From Paragordius varius (Eukaryota > Animalia > Nematomorpha): a stretch of 64,000 bases of DNA. A model generated the notes under the pieces. It ran no database searches and had not been told where the DNA came from. It saw only the letters and a program-made list of their open reading frames with translations. Positions 42,282-56,780 of the stretch are shown here, one piece after another (within the stretch, counting starts at the first letter, position 1; every line of letters starts with the position of its first letter). The stretch spans positions 1,116,001 to 1,180,000 of the forward strand of contig OZ176060.1 of NCBI GenBank assembly GCA_964247055.1, given 5' to 3'. Both the position numbers and the translations under genes were made by a program.

Positions 42282-43808
42282 TTTATTTATTTTATTTTTA
42301 AAATATAAATATAATAATTTTGTTTATTTTATTAATTTTTTTAGTTTTATATAAGAATATTTAATATAGAAAAATTAAAAAAAAACATTTTTTTTTAGAA
42401 ATTAAAAATATATCTAAAAAAATCTTTATATATATTTATTAAAAAATATTTTTTAAACAAAATTTATTTATAATTAATTTTTTTAAAAATAATTAATTTT
42501 TAGCAAGCAATGAGAGGATCACCTGGTCCGCAAGGATTCACTGGAACATCTGGTCCAGTGGTATTTATATAATAATTTTTTTAATTATATTAATTTTATA
42601 TTTTTTAATTATTTATTTTTAATTATTTTATTTTTAATATATTTTTAAAATTAAATAAAATAATTTATATTTTATTTTCATTTATTAATTTTTATTTTTG
42701 TTTATTATTTAATTTTGAACTTTTAATTTTGATTATATTTATTTAAATTTTAAATTAATTATTTTAAATTTATTATTTTGATTTTTTATTATAAATTTTT
42801 CTTAATGTTACTTTATATTATTTTTTTTTTAGTTTATAAAATTATTAACTTTAATTCATTTAATTATTTTTTTAATCATTTTATTATAATTTTTTTTAAT
42901 AAAAATTTAAAAAAATTTTGTTTTAATTTTTTTAATTGATTATTTTTAATAAAAATATATAAAACATTTTAATATTTTTATTGAAATATTTTTTTAAATA
43001 TTTTAATAAATTCAAATATTTATTTTAATTTTTAATATATTTTTTATAAAAAAAATTTTGTTATTTATTTTTTTTCCAATTATTAAATAAAGAATATATT
43101 TAAATATTTTTAGGGACCAGCTGGGGACGAAGGCCCGAAGGGGGAAACAGGTGATCGCGGAGAAATTGTAATTATTTTATAATATTAATATTTTTTTAAA
43201 TAATATTTTTCAAATTTATTTTATTAATTTTTATTATTATATTTTAAAATTTTATTTTTTATAGTTTCACTTTTTTAAATTTTTATTTTTTTATTTTTAC
43301 ATTTAATTGAAAAAATTTAAAAAGAAAAATAATCATATTTCCTTAAAAATTAAAAAAAATTAAAATAATAAATTATTTAAAAATATATAAAATTTTTTTA
43401 TTTTTTTATTTATTATTAATATTATTTTTTTATAATTTTTATTTTTATATTTTTTTTATTTTAGATATTTTTTTATTATTTTTTTTTAATTTTTTAATTT
43501 TAAAAATAATTTTTTTTTAAGAAATATTAATATCAAAAAATAAATAATATTTTAAATATTTAAATATTTAAATTTATTTTTTTTATAAAAAATATGATAT
43601 TTAATTTTTTAAAATAATTATTTTAGGGCTTACCTGGACCCCAAGGACCATCTGGTTTACGAGGCCGAACAGGACGAAGGGTAAAATATATGTTAAAAAT
43701 AATTTTTTTTAAAATAAATAAATTAATAAAAAAATAAATAAAAATAATAATTTTGAAATAAATTTAATTTTAAATTAATTTTTTTATTAAAAAATATTTT
43801 TTAAATAA

Positions 43809-43850
<42 letters not shown>

Positions 43851-46800
43851 AAAAGTTTTCTTAAAAATTAAATATTAATATTTTTAAATTTTTTCAAAAA
43901 AATTATCAATTTAATAAAATTAAATTTAAATACTAATTATATTATATTTATCCATATTTTGAAAAAAATATAAATATTATAAATATATATTTTTTTATTT
44001 AATTTTTAAAAAATTATCTTTTATATTATAAATAATTAATTTCTCAAAAAAATATTATTTTATACATTTTTTGTTAAAAAATAAATTTTTTAAATATTTT
44101 TTTATTTATTATTTTAATAAAATTAATTTTTAGGGCCCACCTGGTCGAGATGGCGAAAGGGGGGTCGCCGGAGTTCCTGGAATTGCTGTATTTTATTTTT
44201 TTTTATTTTTTTTAATTCTTTTTTTTTAATATTATTTTTATTTTTTTATATATTAATATATTTAATTAAAATATATAAATATAACTATTTATTATTAAAT
44301 AAAAAATTTCTATTATTTAACAAAGATATATATATATATATATATATTTAATTTATATTTTTTTAGAAGAATTTGAATTTTTTTTATTTTATTTTTTTAT
44401 TTTTTTTTATTTTTTTTTATTTTTATAATTTTTATTTTTTATATTTATTTTATTTTTCTATTTTTTTGAAGTTAGAATATGTATTAAAAAAATCTTAAAA
44501 TAGAATTTTTTTTAATTTTATCTTTATTTATTTTTTAAGTTAATTTTGGATTTTTTTTAAGATAAAGTTGGATTTTTTTATTTTTTAAATTTTTGATTAG
44601 ATTTTTAATAAATTTTTTATAGAAATATCTATTTTTTCTTTAAATTTTTATTATTATTTATTTGCTTTTTATTAATTATAATTTTTAAATTTTAACATTT
44701 ATAAATTCAATATTTTTTTATAATTTTTTTTAATTTTTTTTAAAATTATTTTTTAGGGTCCTAAAGGTTTCCAGGGACCCGTTGGGCTGATTGGAGAAAA
44801 GGGCGATTTTGGACCCCGCGGTCGCCAGGGGCAACCAGGCGATAAGGGTTATGACGGAACAGCTGTAAAACATATGATTGATCTTTTAATAATTTATATT
44901 TTTATAAAATAAAAATATTATTTAAAAAAATAAAATAGAATTTTTCTAAAAATTGAAAAATAAAAAAAATTAATATAATTAAAATATAAAATTATTTATA
45001 AAACAAATTTAATATATTTTTTTTAATTCATTCTAAAATATTATAAAAAAGTAAAATAAAATTTAAATAAAATTAAATTTGTATTAATATTTTTTAAAAA
45101 TAATAAGACGAACAGCTGTAATTCATATAATTTCCAGGATTTTTTTTTAAAAAAAATTTTAATTTATACAGTAAAAATTAAAATCAATTTTTTAGATAAT
45201 AACTAAATAAAAATAACAAATAAAGAATATTTCATGTATTTTAATAAATATTTATTTTTAAAAATTATAAAAAAATTAAATATAATATAATAAAAATTAT
45301 TTTAAATAAAGCAAATCGAAAAATAGTTACAAAAAAATTATTTTTTATAAATTAATTTTAATAAAAATATATTTTTTTAGGGGGAAGAAGGTCCACGAGG
45401 TTTGCCGGGATTACCAGGAGAACCGGTTATTTTTTATTATAATTTTAATATTTTTATTTTTTTATAATTTTTTATATTTTTATACATTTTATATTAGTAT
45501 TTATAGTTTAATCATTTTTTCTTTTTTATATTATTTTTTACTTTTTTTTATTTTTCTTATTACCATTTTATTATTTTTTATATATTTATAATATTTCATA
45601 TTTATTTACTATAAATTTAATATATTTTTATCTTTTATTTTTTATTTATTTTTTATTTAATTATTTAATATTTATTATATTAAAAAATATTTCGTGTTAT
45701 TTTATTATTATTTTTTTATGAATATTAAAAAAATATTTAAAAATATATTTATTAATATTTTTATTTCTTTTTTTTGAATTTTTTTTTAATTTTTTTTAAT
45801 TTTCATTAGATTAAGTAATTTAATTTTCTATAATATTTATTTGTAAAATTTAAAAAATATTTTTTAAAAATCAGATGTTTCTAATATTTATTAAAACACA
45901 TGTTTTAGGGTATGAATGGGTTCATGGGCCCTCGAGGTTTTCCAGGGAGTGTTGGATTACCTGTATATTTTTTAATTTTATTTATTTTATATATTTAATA
46001 TTTTTAATTTTTTAATTTTTTATTTTTATTTTATTTTTATTTTATTTTTAATTTTTTTATTTTTTTTATTTAATATTTTAAATTTAAAAAATTAAATAAA
46101 AAAAATATGTGCAAACTTAATTAATTTAAAAAAATTTAAAATTTTCAAAAAACTAAATAAAAAAGATGAAAATATTTTTTAAAAAATATATTATTTATTG
46201 AGAAATTTTTTAATATATATACTTATTTAAAATAATATTTTTATAAAAAAGGAAAAATATTTATATAAATTCAAATATTTTTTTATTAAAAATTAATTTG
46301 TTATCATATATTTTATATAAAAAAATATTTTTTGAATATTTTTTGAAAATTTTTATAAATATTTTTATTTGTTTTTATAAATTTTAATAATTTGTGTATA
46401 TATTAATAAATATTTTTTTAAATAAAATATTTAAAATTAATATTTTTTGATTTTTTTTAATTTTATTATAAAATATTTTTTAATTTTTAGGGCCCGCCAG
46501 GGCCCGAAGGCCCTTTAGGGCTAAAAGGCGCCCCCGGGAATTTGGGGCTTCCTGGCGCCCCAGGGATGGTGGGACCCCCAGGACCACCTGTAAATTTTTT
46601 AATTTATTTTTTATTTTAATTTAAATTTTATAATATTCAATTTTTTATATTTTATTTTAAATATTTAAAATTACATATTTTATTATTTTTTATATATTAT
46701 TTTTAGAACTTTAATTATTTTTTACATTTTTTGTATAAATTAATATATTAATATCATTTTTAATTTATATTTTTATGTAGTATTGTTTTAAAATAGTTTT

Positions 46801-48435
46801 TATATTTTTTGCATTTTCATAAATATTTTTTAAATTAAATATTTTAGTTTTATATATCACAGTTCAGGTAGATTTAAATTTTAATAATTATTAATTTTTT
46901 TATTAAGTCCGCATTTTATTAATATTTATATTTTATTATAATAAAAATTCATTTTGTTAAAAAAAAAATTATGAAAAATAATAAAAATAATAAAATATTT
47001 AATAATAAATAAATTCATAATGAAACATAAATCAATTATAAAAAATTTAAAAAATATATAAATGTGCATAATAAAAAAATATAAATATCAAAAAAATATT
47101 TAAAAATTTAAAAATATTTAAAATAATAAATAAAATTAAAAATTAAAAGATAAAAAATAAGAAAAATTTCGAAAAAAAATTTAAAAATTATTTATAAAAC
47201 TTAAAAAATATTTAAAATAAATTAAAAAATTATATATATTCATATTTAATTAAAAAAATTTTTAAACATTAAAAAAAATGTGCGCATCCTAGGGCTCGAC
47301 CGGCGCGCCGGGCGAGCGCGGACCCACCGGCCCCCAAGGCTCAGATGGGCGCCCAGGCGCCCCTGGACTCCCAGGTCTTCAAGGAAATACGGTAAATTAA
47401 ATTTTTTATAATTTTTTTTATTTTATTTTTTTTTAAAAATAATTTTTTTAATTTTTTTTATTTTTATTGAATATTTATATTAGTTAAATTTTTTAAAATA
47501 TTGAATTAATTAAAAAATAAAATGAAAAATTATTAATTTTTATTTTAAATTAAATATAAAAAAATTAATATTATTTTCCATTTTTTTAATATAAAAAATT
47601 CAAAATTATTTTATTATAAAAAATATTTTATTTTTTTATTTTAAATATATATCTATTCATATAATTCAATTTATTATTTGATATAATTGATAATTGATAT
47701 TAAAAAATTTTTTTATAATTTTTATTTTTTTAATTTAAAAATTATTTTTTATTTAAAAAATAAAAAAATATATATTATATTTTTTAAATAATTTTGATCA
47801 CTTATTTTTTTTTATTTTTTAATTAAAAAATAAAAAAATATACATTGTTTTCCATTTTTAAAAAAAATATTTATTTTTATCATAACTATTTATAATTTTT
47901 ATTTTAAAATTTCAGTGTTTTAAATAATTTTCAGTTTTTTTTAATTATATTTAGATTTTTTAATATTTTTAATATTTTTTTTCAAATCTCCTTATTATTA
48001 ATATTTTTAATTTATTTTAATAAATTAAATTTACATATTCATATTTTTATTTTAGGGTTCTCAAGGCTTACCTGGTCGCCCAGGTGAAAAAGGAGATTTG
48101 GTATTTTTATATTTTTTTATTTTTGTTTTTTTTTATTTTTATTTTATTTATATTTTTTCATAATTTTTTATTTATAAAAATATCATATATATTTTATTTT
48201 ATATATATTATGTTATAATAATAATTTTTTAATTTTTATTTGATTTTGTTTTTAAGTGTTATAAAGAACAAAATATTTTTTATTTCCATTTTATTAATGT
48301 TATAAATGAATTAATTTCTTTTAAATAAGTCAATTAATTAATTTTTTATGATTTTTTTTATTTTTTAGCTTTTTTTTAAATTATGTAGAAATATATATTA
48401 GAAAAATATTATTATTTTTTTCTATAATAAAATAG

Positions 48436-48466
<31 letters not shown>

Positions 48467-51400
48467 TTATATTTTTTAAAAATATTCAAAAAATTTAAAT
48501 TTTTATTTTTTAGGGTCCGTTAGGACCCCAAGGCGTCATTGGCTTTAGCTCTTAATTTTATTATTTTATTTTAAATATTTTATAAATTTTTATTTTTTTT
48601 TTTAATTTTTATTTTATTAAAAGTAATATTTATTTTTTTATAATTAAATTCTACATTATTTAATTAATATTTTTTATATTATTTTAAATATTTTTTCATT
48701 ATATTTTTTTATTTTATAAAATTTCAAATGTTTTAATTAATTTAAATTATTTTATAAAAAAATTTAAATATTATATTTTTAATCATTTTTTATATATATT
48801 TTTTTAGAAAAATTCATTTTTTATTTTATATATATATATATATATATTTTAAAAAAAATCAAAAAAATTAAAAAATAAATTTATTTTTAATTTGTTATAT
48901 TTTAGGGTCCGTTAGGACCCCAAGGTGTTATTGGGTTTAGCGGACCACGTGGCCTGAAAGGTCAAACCGGTCTGAGAGGGCTAACTGGAGAAAAAGGCGA
49001 TAAAGTATATAAAATAATTATAAATAATTTTTCAAAAAAAATATTATTATAAAATAATATTTTTAATTTTTTTATATTTTTTTAAAAAAATAAAAATATT
49101 AAAAAAAAAAATTTTTAAAAAAAAAATTTTTAAAAATATATTTAGAATTTTAAGTTAATTTTTTTTAAAATTTTTAATTTTTTAACAAAAAAATAAATAA
49201 TTTTGTATTTTAAATAATTATTTCTTAGTAAATAAAATATTTATTAAAAATATAATATTCGAATATTTATAAAAAAATTATAATATTGTATTTCAATTAT
49301 ATATATATATAATATATATAGATTCTAAAAAACAATGTTTATTAATGATTAAAAATATTAATAAATTATTATACATATATATTTTTTATAAAATAATTTT
49401 ATATTTTAAATTTATTTTTAAACATTTTCTTAATATTTTTAAGATATTAATTTAATGTTTTTTTAATTCTATTTCATTTAGATAAAATAATTTTAATTGT
49501 TTTTAAAATATTTTTTTTAATATTTTTATATTTATAAATATTTTTAATATTTTATTAATCTTTATAAATAATAAAAAATTAAAGATATTATTTTCATATT
49601 TTTAATTTTTGTCATTAAATATTTAATTTTTATTTATTAATAAATTTTTTTTTAAAATATTTTAAATATTTTTAAACATTTTAATTATTTTTATATTTAT
49701 TAGGGCTCTTTTGGGTTAGATGGGGAAAAAGGGCGGGAAGGAGAAAGAGGCGAAAAAGGTAAAAATAAATAAAAAAAATTAAAAAAAATTAAAATTAAAA
49801 ATTTTTTTTAATGTTTTAAAATTAAATTAAAATATTTTTATTTTTTAATTTTTTTAATTTTCTTTATTTTCTTTTAAAATTTTAAAAATTAATTCATATA
49901 TTTTAATATCTTTTTATAATATATTATTAAATTAAAATAATAAGATTTAAAAAATTAAAGATAAAATATACAAAAAATTATTTTTTAATTTTTTTATAAT
50001 CATTTTTATATTTTTTTAATATCTCAAAAATAATTATATTTATATACATATCATTTAAAAAATATTTTTTTTAAAAAATAATTTAAAAAATTGTTAAAAT
50101 ATAAAAATTAAAAAAATTTATTTTTTTACAAATATTTTTTATTTTTCTATAAAAATTATTATAGAAAGTTTAAATCAAAAATTAAATTATATTTTAAAAT
50201 TAAAATAATCATATTTGTTATAAATTTATAATTTTTTTATTCTTTTTTTTATAATTTTATAAATGTATATATTTTTTTTATAATTCATTATATTATAATG
50301 ATAATTTAAAAAGAAATATATTATATAAAAAAAAATGAAAAATTAACATAATTTTTTAAAAAAATTAAAAATATACATTTTTTCTAAATTATATCTTTTT
50401 GTAAATTTCTTATTTTCTATATTTTTTTTAAAAAAAATCAAAAATCAAATATTATTTTAATAAAATATTATTTTTTCAAAAATAAATTTTTTTTTAAATT
50501 TCTAATTCTTAGGAACCAAAGGGCTCCAAGGTTCCCCTGGTCAAGACGGGCCCGAGGGCGAAAAAGGGCCCGAAGGACCAGCTGGTGAGACTGGAATACA
50601 AGGACCACGAGGAATAAAGGTTTATATAAAGGAAAAAACAGCTGTTTTTATCAAAAATCAGGTGTTTTTGAGAAAAACAGTTGATTCTGTTTTAAGATTT
50701 GTTTTTTAAAATTAAGATATATATCTATATATATATATATATATATAGATATATATATATATATATATTTAAAAAAATGAAAATAATGTTTTAGGTAAAA
50801 ATATATTTTCGAAAAAGTGTGAGACTTAAAACTCAGACACCAATGGGAATAAATGTTTTTTAATCAGCTGGTTTTATAGAAGTCACCTGTTTCACTAAAA
50901 ACAGATTTATTAAATAATTTTATTCGAGAATTAATTTTAAAATTTATGATATAATGTATTCTTCTAAGAAATAAAACCGGAATACAAGGACCACGAGGAA
51001 TAAAGGTTTTTATAAGAAAAACAGCTGTTTATATCAAAAATCAAATGTTTTTGAGAAAAACAGTTGATTTTGAATTTAAAAAAGTGTTTTTTCAATAAAA
51101 TATATATGTTTTTGGAAAAATTAAAAATATTATTTTAGTTAAAAATGAAATTTTTCGAAAAAAAGTGAGGACTGGAATTCAGACACCACGAGGAATAAAG
51201 GTTTTGTATTAGCTGATTTACTAAACAAACAGTGTTTTAAAAATCAGGTGTTTTTATATGGTTATATTCTAAATAATTATAAAATTTATGATATATATGT
51301 ATTCTTATATAAAATGAAAGTAGAATACAAGTACCACGAGGAATAAACGTTTTTATGAGCAAAAAACAGCTGTTTCTAAAACTAAAACCGGTTTTTTATG

Positions 51401-54400
51401 GCATCTATTTACAAAACCGATTTGTATAATTTAATCGATCATTTTAAAAACCGAGTTTCTAAAACGGTTTTGGCTCATAAAACCTGCATTTGGCTTTAAC
51501 CGGAATTTGAGTCTAATCAAGGTTTTACCGGTTTTTTTGAAACCCGGTTTTTGGGTTAGGTCTTGAATAAAAGTCCAGAATTTAGCGGTTTTTAAAAAAA
51601 TGCTTAACCAAAAAAGTTTTGAAAACCCGATTTTTTTGTATTTTAAAGGTGTTGAGTAAACGTTTAGATTTTACCGGTTTTTTGAAAAACACACAAGTTT
51701 CGCGCCCATTTTTTCATATAGAAAAATTAGATTTTTAGGGCAAAAAAGTGGCAACTTTTATGCTGAATTTTTTTACCCGAGGGTTTCCCCGATCTTTTTA
51801 AAGCTTTTTCAAAACCAATTTTTGTTTAGTTTAGCGGGAAAGATCAATATAAATCTTAAATTTTTATGCACAGTTTTATACCCGCCGGTTTATTTTAGTG
51901 CTTTTTCCAAACCGGTTTTTTGTTTGGTTTAATGAGAAAATTTGATACCAGGCGGCCTAAATAAACCGGTTTTTTAAGTTTTTTTCTGCCCAATTATTTT
52001 TACCCGCCGGTTTATTTTAGTGCCTTTTCCAAAACCGGTTTTAGTTTAGCGGAAAAGATTGATATCCGGATTTCTAAATACACAAGCCTTGCTTTATTTT
52101 CAAAAATTTGATGTATTATTTTTATTACCCGCCACTTTTTAAATGCTCTTTTTTATAACCGGTTTTTAGTTTGATTTATCGGGAAAGATTACTCGGTTTT
52201 CAAAATAAACTGTTTATGTTTTAAATTTTTATATGCTTATTATTACCCGCGCGATTTACTCGAGTTTTTATATGCTTTTTTCACAACCGGGTTTTATGAC
52301 TTACCGGGAAAGTATAAAACCCAGTTAAGTTCAATGTGCTTTATTTTTAAAATTAAGCTTATTTTTACCCGCGCGATTTACCCGAGTTTTTAAATGCGTT
52401 TTGTAAAACCGGTTTTTGTTTAGTTTAGCGAGAAAGATTGATACCCGGTTTTCGAAATAAACCGGGTTCGCTTTAGTATTTTAAATTTTAAGGTTCAATT
52501 TATTTAAACCGCCGGTTTCCCGTTCTTTTTTAAATATTATTTAAATCCGGTTTTTGTATGATTTAGCGGGAAAGATTGATACCCGGTTCTCGCGGTTTTT
52601 TACGATTTTGATTATGTGCACTTTCAAATACTTTTTCAAAACCGGTTTAAAATCTTTTTCAAAACATGTTTTTTGGTTTAGCGGGAAAGATTGGTACCGG
52701 ATTTTAAAATAAACTATGATCTGTTTTTTTATCCGCCGGCATTTTTTAATCTTTTCAAAACAGGTTATGTATCGGGAAAAATGGATACCCGTTTTTTAAA
52801 CCGGTTTTTTATAATTTTTTATGCCCAATTATTTTTACCAGTCGGTTTTTTCGCATTTTTTTAAAACCGGTTTTTATGTTAGCGTGAAAGATTGGTACCC
52901 GGTTTTCGAAATAAACCGAATTTTCATGATTTTTCAATGCCCATTTTTACCCTAAGGCTTCCCCAAGTTTTTAAGCATTCTTTTTAAAAACCGGTTTTTG
53001 TAGGATTTAGCGGGAAAGATAGATAACCAATTTTCGATATAAACCGTTTGTGTTGTAAATTTTTGTGCTCAATTTCCACGGTTCCGGTATCTTAAATCGC
53101 TTTTTTTAAAACCAGTTTTAGGTTTGGTTGTATTAAAAGATCGATACTGGGTTTTCAAAACAAACCGGTTTTCCAAAATTTTTTAACCGCCGGTTTTAGT
53201 CTTTATGAATATTTTTTTCAAAACCGGTTTTTGTTTGGTTTAGCGGAGAAGAGTACCTTTATATACAGTTATTTACACACTTGAACCGATATTTACCCGG
53301 TTTTTTTAAAAACCGGTTCGATTCTTAAAAACAATTTTTAGCGGTTGTGTTTGTAGAAACCGGATTTCAAGCTGCCTCCTCAGCTTTTTTAAAAAAACCA
53401 GTTTCGGTTTTTAAAACCAGTGTTTTGTATATTCTTTGGTTCGATTTGTTTTTAATTTTATGATTTTTTTTTCGAATTTATAAAAACAGCTTTTTTTAAA
53501 AAAAAATGGCTCGATTTTTTTGGGCAAAGATTTTTAAACCAGTTTTCTCAAACCCGATCGTTTGTTGTTTCTTTCGAAACTCGGGTTTATAAACCCGGTT
53601 TTTTAAAAATTCACGTCCCAATTTAAACCCAGTTTCGTAGGATTTTTCCGGAAGATAGAAAATACACCCCGAGTGTTTAATACCCGGCAAAATCGGTTTT
53701 TATAAAAAAACATTCAAAATTTAACTCGACTTTGTAAGATTGATTAGGTAGATAAAAAGACACCCCATGTGTCTAATACCTGTGTCGTAAAACCGGTTTT
53801 TCTTAATAACCATAAACTTTTAAAATCCGGGTAAAAAACAATTAAGAAACAAAAACAAAACCGGTTATTTTAAAAACCGGTTTTTTATACATAAAACCCC
53901 CTTTTGACCGGTTTTTAAAACCGGTAATAAAAACCGAATTATTTTTAATAACAGGGTCCATAAAAACCCATTTTAAACTGTACCAAACCTGGGTCTTAAA
54001 CCGTACTAGCTTTTTAAATTGGGCCAAACCGGTTTTTTGATTAGGTTGTATTTTTAAAAAGCTGGTTTTAAAAACGGAGTTGCTTTTAAAACTAATTTCG
54101 GGTAACAATAACCGGTTTTTAACTTTTTTTAAACCAGATTTTCTAATTAAAGCCGGTTTTTAAACCCTATTTCAAAGCCGGTTTTTAAAACCGATTTTTT
54201 AATTTCATTACAATTCTAGGGCGAAAGAGGAGCCCCTGGTCTAACCGGATATCCGGGAGAACCCGGTCCCAAAGGCGATCACGGATTTCAAGGCCAGACC
54301 GGACGAACAGGTGTTAAGGGTTCACAGGTGATTTTTTATTTTAATTTTTAAAAGTTTCTTTTTAAACTTTTTTTATAATTTTTTATTTTTTTATTCTTTT

Positions 54401-56729
54401 ATTTTTTTATTTTTTAAAATTTTAATTTTTTTCTTTCATTTTTATTTTTTTATTTTTTATATTTTTATAATTTTATTAAAATTTTATATGATTGAATCTT
54501 ATGTTTTTTTATAATCAAAAATTGCTGAGATTAGTTTTACTCTTTGAAATTGATTTCAAATAAAATTTTATATTTTATATATTTTTTAAAAAAATATTTT
54601 TTAAAATTTGATATCTTTATTTATTTTTGTTTTTAATTACAAAAAATTTAGAATTTTTTTTATTTTATTAAAATAATTATTTTTCCAAATTTTTATTCTG
54701 TTATTTTTTATTATTTTTAATTGAAAAAAATAAAATTTTTATTTTATTTTATTAATAAATTTATTTGTTATTTTGTAAAAAAAAATTATTTTTATTTTAT
54801 TTAAAAAAATAAACAATCATAAACATATTTTATTATATAAATCGATTTAATTATTTTAATTATGTTAAAAATATAATTTTTTTTATTTAAAAATATTTTT
54901 ATAATTTATTTAAAAATACAATATATTATTTTTTAATATTTTTTTATTTTAGGGAAGTCAAGGTGTGACAGGTGAAAGGGGTGAACCCGGGATTCGAGTT
55001 TTTTATTTATTTTTTATATTATTTTTTTTTAATTGTTTCAATAAATTTTATTTATTTAACTTTTTATTTTTATATTCTTAAATTTTTTTTAATGATTTTT
55101 TATAATTTATAATTTATTATTAAATATTTAAATTTTTATTTTTATAATTATTTTTTTATTTTTACTTTTTTGAATATTTTACTTTTATATTTTCGTAATT
55201 TTTTTTTATATTTACTTTTATAGTGTTCTTATTTTAATTATTAAAATATTTTATTTTTTTTATATAAATATTTTAAATTTTATTTAATATTAAAATATTT
55301 TAACATTTATAATATATTTATATAAAATATATTTTTACTAATTATTTTTAATTATTTTTTATTTGTTTTATTTGTTTTTTTTTATTTTTTTATATAATTT
55401 AATTTTTTTAATTTTTAGGGCATTCCTGGCCTACGAGGCAAAAGAGGGCCCATTGGTGCCCCTGGCTTACCTGTAAAATATTTAATTTTTCTTATTTTAT
55501 TTTTATTTTAATTTTAAAATTTATTTTTTTATTTTTAATTATTTAATTTTATTTTTTATTTTATTTCATATTATATATTTTTTTATTTTAATTTTTAATT
55601 TTATTCTTTTTTACTTTTTTTATATATTCTTTTTAATTTTCATTATATATATATTTTAAATTTCATTTTTATAATTTAAATTGATATTTCAATTTTTTAA
55701 TTTTTTCAATTTTTTTATTTTAATTTTTAAATTTATTCGTTTTTATTTTTTTGTGAATTATTTTTAAATTTTTTATTTTATATATATTTTAAATTTCATT
55801 TTCATTTTTTTTTATTACTTTTTTATTTTTGATTTATTTAATTTTATTTTTTTATTTTATTTCATATTATATATTTTTTTATTTTTATTTCAAAAATTAT
55901 AAGAAATATTTAAAATTATTTTTATTTTTTAGTTTTTTCAATTTTAGTTCTTAAATTATATTTTTGTTTTATTAAAGTTATACCATTTTATTGTTTTAAA
56001 TATTTGTTTTATTTCTAAATTTTATATTTTCTGAACTATTTAAATAACTAAATTTTATTTTTTTATAATTATGTTTTTTCTATGTTAGTTAAAATAAAAA
56101 TACTAAACTAAAATATTTTTTCAAAAAATCATATATTTCAAAATAAATTTAAATAAAAATTATAAAAAAAATTAAAAATAAAAAAATATTAGAAATAAAA
56201 TATTAAAAATAAATTTTTTTTATTTTATTAAAAATTTTAAATTATTTTTAATTTTCTTTTTAATATATTTATTAATAAATAAATATAATAAAATAAATTA
56301 TATATAAAATTGTAAAAAAACCTAAATTTCATAAAAAGTATTTATAAAAAAAAATAATTTAAATGATAAAAACTTATATAATATAAAAAAATAAAGAAAT
56401 CTAAAAATATATAAAATTTAATATTATATAATAAATATTAAAATAGAAAAAAAAAGAAATTAATACAAAAATTAAAAAGTTTTTTTTATTTTAGGGAAAT
56501 GTGGGGCAACCAGGCCCCCCAGGCAATACGGGTGAGGATGGACCACAGGGGAATCCTGGTGAATCACTTTTTTATTTTTTATTTTATTTTGTTTTTAAAA
56601 ATAAAAAATATATATAAATATATTTAAACATTTAAAAAAATATTTTTTATCAATAAATTATTAAAATATTTATTTTATTATATAATTTTCATTAATAACA
56701 TAAAAATTTATACAAAATCATTTTAAAAA

Positions 56730-56780
<51 letters not shown>

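Noticed and set aside
53496-54108. Two minus-strand ORFs in the ACCGGT block as a possible transposase
   Set aside because: Short, K/F/T/G-biased translations of the repeat word, with no catalytic motifs.
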